A stretch of DNA of 64,000 nucleotides. Source: Neoconidiobolus thromboides FSU 785 (taxonomy: Eukaryota; Fungi; Entomophthoromycota). Position 1 is the first letter of the stretch; every line of letters starts with the position of its first letter. A program made the position numbers and the translations under genes. Shown here in pieces: positions 1 to 10,580 of this stretch. The stretch covers positions 1 through 64,000 of the forward strand of contig MU626262.1 in assembly GCA_025603075.1 (NCBI GenBank), in the 5' to 3' direction. The notes beneath the pieces are model-generated. The model ran no database searches and had not been told where the DNA came from. It worked only from the letters and a program-made list of their open reading frames with translations.

Positions 1-127
1 GCGTTATCGCTTTATTCCATTCTTTACAGCAAATAAGCAAGTTAAATTTATCCTTATCTGTGAGATGATATAAAACCTCTTTTATCATCTTCCTTTCCAA
101 GTTCTCAAATTTAAACGAATTCCTCAT
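1..127 (-). CDS. 5' end of an F-box/LRR family gene (runs off the window edge)
   Basis: Reverse strand from ATG at 127 reads MRNSFKFENLERKMIKEVLYHLTDKDKFNLLICCKEWNKAIT, closely matching the N-terminal F-box of the 800..2137 protein. Not in the ORF track. Confidence 0.85.
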   Translation of the reverse strand, partial: MRNSFKFENLERKMIKEVLYHLTDKDKFNLLICCKEWNKAIT

Positions 128-799
128 ATTGGACCTAGTCAAAGTAAAAAAAATAAAGAAATAAAATGTTATGTTTCTTTATATACTCAATGATGTTTCA
201 TTATGCGTAAGGTGATGAATAAAATATGCATAAATTAATTTAATAAGATTGCTCCATGAAAATTTCGCAGCTGGTTTAGCATGAAGTCATATCTAATTAT
301 AATTTTATGTAATCAATTGAGGGTAAAATTTATAGTCACTAAAATTTTTGTATGGCAAAAAAATTAATAGGGTTAAAAAATGATGCTCATTAACTTTGAT
401 CTCATTATCAAATTCATAGTTTTGGAACAAAGTCTGGTACGCAAAAAGCTACTATCAACAATAACAATAAATTAGCTTTATATGTTTACCATTATATAAT
501 CTAAATCTATTGAAATTCTTCCTCTCAAAGTATTCTTGTAAACACTATAAGAAAGCTTCCAAAAGAGATCTAAACTCTGACAATTTTAAACAATTTAAAT
601 TTATTATTAAAGTATATTCGAAGTAAATTAATAAAAGTTGCTTAGAATAAATATTCCAAAAAACTTAAATTTAGCATAACATTATAACATAACAATATAT
701 CAGATATTTAATTGGACTTTAATATAAAAAGCCATATATTAATTAAATGCAATCTAAAAATAGTTCTTTTTAATTATTTTAGTTTTTTTAATTCAAATA

Positions 800-2137
800 A
801 TGATGGGCAATAGCTTTAGACTTGAGTGTTTGGAAATAAGTATGATTAAAGATGTACTATATCATCTCACAGATAAGGACAAAATTAACTTACTTTTATG
901 CTGTAGAGTATGGAATAAAATAATATTACCTATATTATGGGAAGACATCGTTTCAGATCACCATCACAGGTATAACGAAGAAATGAGGAAAGCTTTTGAA
1001 AAATATGGTCATTATATCAAGCATTTAGATTTCATAAAGTTTCCAAAACTGCCAATTCATCCCTTGATGTATCCAAATAGTAGAAAACTTTTTTTACCTC
1101 TTGAAAATTATCTAAAACATATAGAACATTTTAAAAATATCCCATTAATAGGCCTTTCTTATACAAACTTTGCTGATGATATGACAATCGAAAAATACAT
1201 TTCTGCTAATAAAATATGTATAAAGAAAATATTTCAAGATTTAAGACATATAATAGTTTTAACTCCAAACAAATATTTTACAAAGTCAATAGTACCTTGT
1301 TTACCATCAACTGTTACTTCTCTATTAGTTGGATTTCATACTTACGATAAATCTTCATGTCTTAACTTTCTATTAGATAATTTTAATAACTTAAGAAGTC
1401 TTAGGCTGGTTTCTCTCCATATCAAATTAAGCGATTTTAATCTTCTACTAAACAGGGAGTTTCCCCAATTAAATCATCTACATATCGAATTCATATATAT
1501 AGATGCTTCAAATGGGTTATCTATAAATTTATACAATTACCCAAAACTCAAGACACTTTATTATAGGGAAAACTTCACATTGATATTTAGTGGAGTATCA
1601 CATTTGAAAAAATTAACATTAAATGACACTAATCTATCCAAAACAATAGTAAATAATGAAGTGTTCCCAAAGTTAAATCAATTAACCTTAGGGTTTTGTG
1701 ATTCTATTTCGTCCAAGTGTTTATATTCAATATTTGATATGTCAACAATCACTTATTTAGATTTAACGATAGAAAATTACTTAATATTTCTGGTTAAAGA
1801 AATTTATCCAAAAAAGAATAATATAATAACATTGAAAGTCCGTGGCTTAACTCTAGGGAAAGATTTTATTGATTTTTTGTATATGTTGTGTCTTAATTTG
1901 CAAAATCTTGAGATAGTAAATTGTTGCTTTGATATTAGTATACCTTTTTCAAATCATAAAATGATAAAGGATACTAATTTACAAAATGTCACATTCAAAT
2001 ACATTGTATGTCCCAACTTAAAAAAATTCATAGACCATATTTTAATCTATTTCAAAAACATAAAATCACTTAATTGTATAAGTTTAAAAGACACAAATTT
2101 TTATGCAGAGTATAAAACTGAACCTGACTTCTTGTGA
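800..2137 (+). CDS. Intronless F-box-like / LRR (RNI-like) protein
   Basis: N-terminal F-box-like motif (VLYHLTDKDKINLLLCCRVWNKIILPILW) followed by LxxLxL repeats; 445-aa uninterrupted ORF. Confidence 0.85.
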   Translation: MMGNSFRLECLEISMIKDVLYHLTDKDKINLLLCCRVWNKIILPILWEDIVSDHHHRYNEEMRKAFEKYGHYIKHLDFIKFPKLPIHPLMYPNSRKLFLPLENYLKHIEHFKNIPLIGLSYTNFADDMTIEKYISANKICIKKIFQDLRHIIVLTPNKYFTKSIVPCLPSTVTSLLVGFHTYDKSSCLNFLLDNFNNLRSLRLVSLHIKLSDFNLLLNREFPQLNHLHIEFIYIDASNGLSINLYNYPKLKTLYYRENFTLIFSGVSHLKKLTLNDTNLSKTIVNNEVFPKLNQLTLGFCDSISSKCLYSIFDMSTITYLDLTIENYLIFLVKEIYPKKNNIITLKVRGLTLGKDFIDFLYMLCLNLQNLEIVNCCFDISIPFSNHKMIKDTNLQNVTFKYIVCPNLKKFIDHILIYFKNIKSLNCISLKDTNFYAEYKTEPDFL

Positions 2138-2949
2138 GCAATTATCTGTATTAGAATTTTTATAACTCAGTATTGTAGAATGTTAAGGGATTCCAATTGA
2201 TTGTGTATTTGATATAAAAATAAATTTGGCTTTAATTTGTTTTAAATTTAATATATACCTATCTTATTAGTTTATTTCAAATTGACATTTTTAGATATTT
2301 CAATTATTGTTATTTGTTATTTCATAAATAAACTACTTTTGAAAAATGTTTATTTAAAGTTTAGACTATAAAGCAATTTATGATATCAATTTTTTTCGAA
2401 TATCTAAATTAAAATTTAAACTAAAGTTATAATATAAAACGTTTGAATTTTCGTAACTGAAGATATAGTCTTTTCTTCTAACCTCTGTATTACCTAATGT
2501 AGCTCATAGCAGCTTATATTTTACTCCTAATAGTCTCTATTTTTATCCTCCTTGAATGCAAAAATCCCTAGACAAAACCTGGAACCTTTTTATTAACCTC
2601 TTTTGAAAAAGCAGAATTACATTAGATAAAATTCCATGCATGTTTTTGTAATTGTTATGACTATACTGCACTGTACTAAATGCTAACTTCGAACTCTCTT
2701 TGTTTTGATAGATAAAATTCTTGTAGTTATTCAGTCACTCAAAAGGGTAAAGCATTGGCGTCCATAGTGTTTTTGAGATATTAGATAAAACAGCTTTTGT
2801 TAAAAACTATTGCTGTATGGCTTTCACTATTATCAAATATGATTATCGTTCTATAAAACATAAATTACAATAAGTTACCAACGATTTGAATTCAATATAT
2901 AAAATTAAAAAATTAAAAAATTAAAAAAAGAATAAAAGATCATATTTTA

Positions 2950-3992
2950 CTAAAAATTATGTAATATTTCTCCATATACCGCTAGATAACCATCCGGATG
3001 TGAAACTTTAAATGACCCTGTATTTCAATAATGCTTTGAAACATAGTCAATGAAAATACTTGAATTCAAACTGTGTTAGTTTTAAATGCAGTGTTAGTTA
3101 TAGTATGACTTGATGGCATTTCTCCTCTACTAATTAAAAATGATGGATCAATATTAAATTATAGCCTGATACTTTGGTTTTCTGTGAACTAGAACATGAA
3201 GTATATATAAAACTAAGAAAATCGCTTCTTAGAGTGAAATGTTCAGTATCTAGAATTATCATAATACTACTCTTTTTTGGATGAAGCTCTCTAATTAGAA
3301 GTGAAAAGTTATAATATATTGATAATCTCAAACAGGTGATTGTTGATATATTAAGTATTGGATACAGACACTTAGTTGATACATTAAAGGAGTATTTTAA
3401 CTATAATTTATTTAATTTCAGAAATGTCTTTTTGTTTATAATTTGACTACTTAAAGTGTAATTAAATAACTTTAATTTCTTTAAGTTTGATGTTCTAATA
3501 AATTACACTACTGAATAATCCTAAATATGAAGTGCTTTAATCTCTAAACAACTTCCTAACTTTATATATATCTTCCAGTTTACTTATACTCAAACGCTGA
3601 ATACGAAGTCTTTTTAATTGTGGAAACCGTTTATTTAACATAAAGTTAAATCCTTCCAGCTCAAGGTCAATGTTGTCTAGTTCAAGTACTTTTAGATTAT
3701 CAAATCTATTTATCAAGCTTTCAAAAAATGGCATCTAACTATCGTCAATACATTTTAACAGCAACGATGTAACAGTTGATAATAAATAAGGTCTTGTTGA
3801 TAATAAATAAGGTCTTGTTGATATTACAAAATAATTATCTATGTAATCTAGGTTTAAATAATTAAATCTCAAAATATTTTTTATTAACTTGATTTTTGAA
3901 TACATATTTCACAACTGACATAGAACAAACAAACATTGTATAGCAAAGGCCCACTAATAGAATATCTTGCAGTTGATATATATTTTTTAAAT
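2950..3992 (-). pseudogene. F-box/LRR family relic lacking a recognisable F-box
   Basis: Fragments in shifting frames match the 800..2137 paralogue (LKNIYQLQDILLVG, FDNLKVLEL, RFPQLKRL, LIRELHPKK, FIDYVSKH). Multiple stops and a 21-bp tandem duplication at 3781-3822. Homology runs up to the repeat element at 3993. Confidence 0.8.
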
Positions 3993-4096
3993 ATATGAGG
4001 ATTTTTTTTTTGGTTTCATTACTTTTTCCATTTTTTGAGCGTTATTTGAGCGGAAAGATTGTTAATAAAATTAAACAAAAAAATACATCCCCATAT
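3993..4096 (+). mobile_element. ~105-bp MITE-like element, copy M1
   Basis: ATATGAGG...TACATCCCCATAT ends; core TTTCATTACTTTTTCCA...GAGCGGAAAG...TTAATAAAATT shared with the other copies. Confidence 0.85.
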
Positions 4097-4125
4097 TATT
4101 GTTGTAGATTTATTTTTTAAACCTG

Positions 4126-4238
4126 ATATGGGAGTATTTTTTTGGCTTCATCTTCATCACTTTTTCCACCTTTTAAGTGCTATTTGGAATGGAAAATTTG
4201 TTAGTAAAATTCTTAAACACAAAAATACATTCCCATAT
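4126..4238 (+). mobile_element. MITE-like element, copy M2 (with small internal insertion)
   Basis: ATATGGGAG...TACATTCCCATAT ends; same core; 29 bp from M1. Confidence 0.85.
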
Positions 4239-4515
4239 CAAAGTAATTGAATATATTTTTTAAGTCAACAGTAAAAATTGAAATAATAATTAGTTGAGTC
4301 CAATGCTGTATCAATTTTGATTAAAAGTCACTAATTAATATAAATATCCTGTAATCAAGAGTATAATAACTTATGATATTAGAAGATGATAGAGGATATG
4401 AAATAAATATCAATATTATAAATCAAAAACAGATTTCTTTGTATTTAAAATTAACTCTTAAGACTTAATCAAATTCAATTAACTAATCAGATTAAAAACT
4501 CGTATTATTATAACA

Positions 4516-4554
<39 letters not shown>
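4516..4554. repeat. (AAT)13 microsatellite
   Basis: Perfect AAT run read directly. Confidence 0.9.
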
Positions 4555-4899
4555 TGTTATTTAATAGTAAATCAAATTAATAGCATGATTGCTTATTAAA
4601 CCAAGGAGAGAAAATGAGATATTAAAAAAAGTAACTGAAATTTTAAATTAAAATTAGCAGTAACTAAATTACAATAGCATAATTTAAGACAATTTCAACT
4701 AAATTTTAGTTAAAAGAAACGTTAAGATTGATTGATTGACTTTCGAAACTCTAAAAATAGTCAATAAAGTAAAGTTGAGAAAACAATAAAAACTCAAAAA
4801 AATTCAAAGACTATAAAAGTATATATACAATATTAATTTCTTTTTAACAAAACTAAACTTGATTTAAAAGAAAAGTTGATTTAAAATATTTCATTACGA

Positions 4900-6201
4900 A
4901 TGCTAATATCATTACCTATTGTATGTTTATTTATATATTTAAATCCCACTTATTCTTTAACTGATATTCCATTATCTATTAATGAAACAGATAATCGAAT
5001 TATTGATTATACATCCACCAATGTTACTTTAACTAACCCTTCTCAAACTGTATTAAAAGAAGAAGAGAATGGTGATAATTGGATCGATGATGATGATGAC
5101 GAGGACGATAATGATAATGATAGCGATAATGATAATGATAATGATAATGATAATGATGATGAAGGAGAATGGGATAGTAATGATAATAGACCACCCCATG
5201 AAAATATCGACTATCCATCAAGACCCTTATTAGAACAAATTCCAATTGATATTGATCCAGCATTGCCACCTCATGGTCATCGACCTAATAAACCTCATCA
5301 ACACCAACCAAAACCTTCACATCAGCCCAATCAAGTTCATCAACCAAATCACCATCATGGACATCATCATCATCCCCATCGACCCCATAGAAAAGGGATT
5401 TGTTCTTTTTCTAGAATTGAAAATGAAATTGGTGTATTGAGAATTGGTAATAGATATTCAAATGATTATAGTGGATTTGCATTAAAAAGAGGGAAATTTT
5501 GCAATCGAGGAGAATATTGTCCATATGCTTGTATAGAAGGTTATTATTCATCACAATATATTATTCAACAAAAACATGATTTAAAAATAATCAAACCTGG
5601 ATTATACTGTAATCGAAATTCAAAATTGGAGAAAGGTTTAAATTTACCTTTATGTTTAAAAGGTTATAATAATGTATATTTACGTAGTAATCAAAATAAT
5701 TTATTATGTAAAGCAGTTTATCCCGGGAATTTAGATACTTTAATACCAATTCCATTAGACTATAAAGTAAAATCATTAACTACAATCCCTTTCAATATAG
5801 ATTATAATACATTTTCACTATATTATTTAAATTTGCCTCAATTTAATGAAAAGTGTGAATGGGGTACTAAATATAAGCCAAATGGTAGTTATGCTCCATA
5901 TATAATTAAGATAGCTGAAAAGAATGACGGATTAATTGAATTTATATTGAAATGGAATATTAAGTTTATAGAAAACAATATGAAGTCCAAATATTATCCT
6001 TATTTATTAGATATTAATGTAGCTTGTTTAAACCCCAATAATAATAATCGAGCTTATTGTAATTCAAGATTATGTACATTTACAAGAGATAGTAATAATG
6101 ATTATGTTTGTAAATTATTGTTACCAAAATATTTAAAATTGGTAATTGATTTGAAATCAAATTATAATTTACTTTATGGTAAAAATAATACTTCAAATTA
6201 A
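4900..6201 (+). CDS. Secreted SUN-family (GH132/PF03856-like) beta-glucan-modifying protein with Asp/Asn and His/Pro/Gln linkers
   Basis: Signal-peptide-like N-terminus; motifs C..GEYCPYAC..G, GLYC, LCLKG and CKAVYPGNLDTLIP resemble the SUN-domain CPYAC / GGLYC / CQTVxPGNEAMLIP consensus. Confidence 0.7.
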   Translation: MLISLPIVCLFIYLNPTYSLTDIPLSINETDNRIIDYTSTNVTLTNPSQTVLKEEENGDNWIDDDDDEDDNDNDSDNDNDNDNDNDDEGEWDSNDNRPPHENIDYPSRPLLEQIPIDIDPALPPHGHRPNKPHQHQPKPSHQPNQVHQPNHHHGHHHHPHRPHRKGICSFSRIENEIGVLRIGNRYSNDYSGFALKRGKFCNRGEYCPYACIEGYYSSQYIIQQKHDLKIIKPGLYCNRNSKLEKGLNLPLCLKGYNNVYLRSNQNNLLCKAVYPGNLDTLIPIPLDYKVKSLTTIPFNIDYNTFSLYYLNLPQFNEKCEWGTKYKPNGSYAPYIIKIAEKNDGLIEFILKWNIKFIENNMKSKYYPYLLDINVACLNPNNNNRAYCNSRLCTFTRDSNNDYVCKLLLPKYLKLVIDLKSNYNLLYGKNNTSN

Positions 6202-6322
6202 ACTATTTTATTTTATTTTTGTTTTTGTTTGTTTTTATTTTATTAAAAAAATAGTCGAATTATTTTTATTTTATTTTATTTTATTTTTGTTTTTACTTTG
6301 TTTTATTTTACTTTATTTTATT

Positions 6323-7919
6323 TTATGGTATAAATAACTTCTCTTTAATTTTGACTATCAACGCTCGTACCATAAATTGATCCCTTGCTAATGTTCTAAC
6401 ATTCTATTTTATTTATGTTTTATTAATAAAAATTATTATATCATTTATTATAATTATCTGTTATAATATATTACCTTAAAATAAACCTTTGAAGTAATTC
6501 TTTGAGAACTTAAGGCCATAGATAATTCATGATAAGTATCTTCAAATGCATTCTCCTCAGCAATTAATTGAACTAATCTAATTAAAATATTAGTATTAAT
6601 GTTAATTTATTTATTTAATAAATAAGTAAATAAATAAATTATTAATTAATTATTAATATACTTACTGTTTATACAATTTATTTTTATCAAAACTTAAATT
6701 ATTAATTGTAATTTCAGGTAATTGATTTAAATAATCACAATTTTTTTCTAATATATTGATATTATTGGTTAATATTTTAATATTATCATCAGATTGTATC
6801 TAAAAAAATAAAAATAAAAATAAAAATAAAAATTAATAAATATAATATACATTTAATAAATATAATATATATTATTTTTTCATATAATAATTTACTTACA
6901 TTAATCATTTGTAATTGTCTTATTGAATCATTAATATCATAATTATTTTTATTTAATTTTTGATTATCAATTTCAATTTTATTTCTTAATTGATTATTGG
7001 CTAAATTAAACTTTTCAAATCGATGACTTAATTTTTGATATAATTTTAATTGTAGTTGATTAATATCGCCAATCGGATTATCTAAATCCATCAAATTAAG
7101 TTGATTTTCTTTATTTATTAATATTGATGGTGGCCTTGGCGCTTCAAATAATTTAGGACTTTGCTGACTTTCATTACTACTTCCCTATATTATTTTAATA
7201 TAAAAAATTAAAGTTAATATTATTAATTAATTTTAAAATTAAACTAAATTAAATTATCCTTTACATGTGAATTAGACCTTTCATTATTAGATATATTTTT
7301 AGCCCTGTTTTTTAAATTACTCAAAGATATTCTAGGAGGAATAGGTGGAGGAGGTCGACTTAGTAATGGTGGATTAATAGAAAATATATTCTTCATTATA
7401 TTAATTAATTGTAACAAATTACAGTGATTAAATTTATATGGCCACTCAATTAAATAACTATGCAAAAAATAACCTTCTTGATTAACATGTTTACTAATTT
7501 GAATTTGCATATCTGCTGTTGGATTTAACATTGGTACCGGCGCTACTTTAGGATACTCTTTAGGTAGCCATATTTTGATTGGCATATGATAGACTCGTGA
7601 TTCATAATTGATGGCTATAGTACCAATTAATAATACTAAATATTCCGAAACACTGGGATTTAATGCTAATTTAAGGATAAGTAATTGTTTTTCTTTTATA
7701 TGTAAAATCATTTATTAGAATTGTATTTATTCTTACTTACTTGATAATGTAATGCTTGGTCGTAAAGTGGGATTTTTATTTATAGTTAATATAAGATGAG
7801 AATATACTGTATTATGTTCAGGATATATCTAATTTATTAATAATGTTAATTAATTATGCTTATAATCTTACTGAAGCTATCGAATTCCTTAGCCTATTTT
7901 CTTCAATTGTATGAGACAT
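6323..7919 (-). CDS. VPS23: ESCRT-I subunit Vps23/TSG101 (spliced)
   Basis: UEV domain (GTIAINYESRVYHMPIKIWLPKEYP), Pro-rich linker, coiled coil and C-terminal NVRTLARDQFMVRALIVKIKEKLFIP*; ATG 7919. Confidence 0.9.
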
Positions 7920-8402
7920 GATAATAATAATGATGATAATGATAATTAGTTAAAAAATTTATAGAAATAATATGAAAAATGATTATTTTTTGTAGAAATT
8001 CAATTTGGTCATTTCCAATTTATGAATATTTTGGTGCAATTATTAAGTTTAATTATAGAAATTAAAAATGATTGGCTTAAATTATTACAAATGATGAGTT
8101 TTTAAATTAGTTCATTAGCATTAATTGATCCCTTTTATATGGTAGAATTATAGCAATTTCAGTATGTAAATAAAATAGTACTGAGTATTATTTAAAATAA
8201 ATAATAGAATATTAAAAATCAATATCAGAATAAAATTCTTTAAATATTAAAAAAGTCCAAATCTATAATAATAAATTTAATATGTTTGTTTTTTATAAAA
8301 TAAAGCAAATCAAGTTAATAATACTCTACATGACATTAAAAATGAATTAACATGGAATAACTATATTCTTCAAAAGACACAAGTATCACACCTAAAAAGT
8401 AT

Positions 8403-10580
8403 CTAATTCTGAACCATACTTACTTTAGCTTCTAGTGTAGAATCTAAAGGTAAAACATTACTCCCTGCTCCATTTTCATCCGAAATAATACTATCTAAAT
8501 CATTACTTGTAGCTCCATCGGGTAAATTATTATTATTATTACTTGAGTTATCATTCAAAATATTATTAACATTAGCATCATTGACACCTGGTATTAATGA
8601 AATGTTAGTATTATTATTAGTACCGCTAGTAGGTCGAACAATTGGTGCAATTAATGTGTTAATTGATGGTTTGATAGTACTACTTGGAATAGCATTGGTA
8701 ATGAGGTTACTGATGGGTTTATTACTATTATTTATAATAGTAGATATTACTGGGAGTATAGGAGTGGCAATAGAAGCTTGATTTTGATTTAAATTACCAA
8801 TGACTGCATCTACATTAGTTGAGTTCAGTAAAGAACTACCATTGATAATTGGAGTTGAAGCGGTAGAAGTAACTATAAAGCTAGAAATATCTAACATACC
8901 TGGGGATTTAGAACACTGAATTGAAGATAAATTAAAACATGATATAGATTTGGAATTGTAGTTAAATTTCCAACATTTAGGACATTTCTCTCCAAAACAA
9001 GGCAATTCGGAATTTCCATTTAAATAACAAGTTTTATTTAAATAAAAGGATCTTTTACTATATTGCATTTGAGAAAATAAATTACTTTGATTACTTGTAC
9101 ATTTAAAATTGGACTGGAAATCATAACATTTATAAATCGATAAATTATTATCATATTCCCAACATGATGGACAATAATTCCCTTTACATAAAAATTTAAT
9201 ATCCCCATTAACATAACATCCTTTTTCTAAGATGTTAATCGAGTTATCAATTACGGTTGGTGGTATTGTTGGTAAAACATTATTAACTAAACTACCACCA
9301 GATACTAATTGAACAGCATCATCAACTTGATTACAACTACCATTAATTGTATTAAAACATTGAAAAGTTTGATCAAGATAATTAACATTCCAACAAGGTG
9401 GACAATTAGCCCCTGATTTACAAGGTAAATTTTTATTACCATTAATAAAACAGGATTTATTTTTAATATTATTACTGGTAATTTTAGGCATTAATGAAGT
9501 CATATCTTTGAATCCAGGATTACATTGAGAGTTCACTTTTTTATAACAAGAAAATCGATTATTAATAGAAATCCAGCAAGGGGGACATTTTCCTTTGCAT
9601 GGTATATTGAAATTACCATTTATATAACATATATTTAATGGGTTATATTCTGGTTGAAATTTAAATTCATTATTATTTTGAGTAACTATAGGCAAATAAG
9701 TCACTTGAGGAGGCCTTACTACTACAGTCACAGTAGAAAGTACAGGTTGATAAATAGTATCAGTAATTGTCGGAGGCTTCACTAATTGAGTAGAAACTTG
9801 TAAAGAAATAAATGTATTAGTTTGAATTTGAGTAGATGTAACGGTAGATGGTGGTAAACTAATAGTTTGAGTTTGCAATTGAACAGTGACAGAAGTGACA
9901 GTATTAGTTTGAGTTACAGTGGTAGTTTTAGGAGGTAAAGTAACCGTTTGAGTCTGAGTTTGTAATTGAATAGTAGTAGCGGTTATTGTAGTAGTTGTAG
10001 TACTTGGAGGTAAAGTAATCAATTGAGTTTGTAGTTGAGTTTGTGTTGATAATATAGTAGTAATTTCTGTTTGTGTTTGAATACTTGTTAATGGGGGTAA
10101 ACTTATGGTAGTTGTATGAGCTAAAATTTGAGTTTGAGTATATGTCACTGTAGGTATTGGTAAATAACTAGTTTGTCCATTGTTAGAAGTATAAGTAGCT
10201 ATTACAGTATGGATAGTATTAGTGGGATAAAAGGTTATGGGAAACAAATTTGATTGATTAGATGGAGGAAATATCACTGTTTGTATGTTGTTTCCTCCAT
10301 TATTGTTTATTAAATCATTTGGATTATTACTTCCTATTATTATCGTATTATTATTGGGAAATCCAATATTACCGTTGTTATTATTGTTAATGTTAATTGG
10401 AAAGGTAGTATTAATACCATTATTTATACCATTGTTATTATTGTTGTTATTGTTATTATTATTATTATCATTATTATTATTCGGAAGCAATAAATCATCA
10501 GGGTTAATAATCAGTTGATGTTCCTTAGCAATAATAAAAGAAAATAGTAATAAAAGTGAATAAAATTTTAATGAAAGCAT
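8403..10580 (-). CDS. Intronless secreted mucin/adhesin-like protein: Asn-rich, Thr-rich and four 6-Cys repeats
   Basis: Signal peptide MLSLKFYSLLLLFSFIIA; Thr/Gln-rich segment; four C(Y/F)xNG..C..CPxCW..C(Y/F)..C repeats; 725-aa ORF. Confidence 0.85.
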   Translation of the reverse strand: MLSLKFYSLLLLFSFIIAKEHQLIINPDDLLLPNNNNDNNNNNNNNNNNNGINNGINTTFPININNNNNGNIGFPNNNTIIIGSNNPNDLINNNGGNNIQTVIFPPSNQSNLFPITFYPTNTIHTVIATYTSNNGQTSYLPIPTVTYTQTQILAHTTTISLPPLTSIQTQTEITTILSTQTQLQTQLITLPPSTTTTTITATTIQLQTQTQTVTLPPKTTTVTQTNTVTSVTVQLQTQTISLPPSTVTSTQIQTNTFISLQVSTQLVKPPTITDTIYQPVLSTVTVVVRPPQVTYLPIVTQNNNEFKFQPEYNPLNICYINGNFNIPCKGKCPPCWISINNRFSCYKKVNSQCNPGFKDMTSLMPKITSNNIKNKSCFINGNKNLPCKSGANCPPCWNVNYLDQTFQCFNTINGSCNQVDDAVQLVSGGSLVNNVLPTIPPTVIDNSINILEKGCYVNGDIKFLCKGNYCPSCWEYDNNLSIYKCYDFQSNFKCTSNQSNLFSQMQYSKRSFYLNKTCYLNGNSELPCFGEKCPKCWKFNYNSKSISCFNLSSIQCSKSPGMLDISSFIVTSTASTPIINGSSLLNSTNVDAVIGNLNQNQASIATPILPVISTIINNSNKPISNLITNAIPSSTIKPSINTLIAPIVRPTSGTNNNTNISLIPGVNDANVNNILNDNSSNNNNNLPDGATSNDLDSIISDENGAGSNVLPLDSTLEAKVSMVQN

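Noticed and set aside
2600-2860. Minus-strand IIIFDNSESHTA...LP..VTE.LQ...AWN, reminiscent of a pogo/Tc1 DDE transposase remnant
   Set aside because: Many stops and motif spacing does not fit. The upstream SGWLSS 'motif' proved to be an alternative frame of the F-box relic's C-terminus. It would need a DDE_1/DDE_3 HMM hit to be believed.
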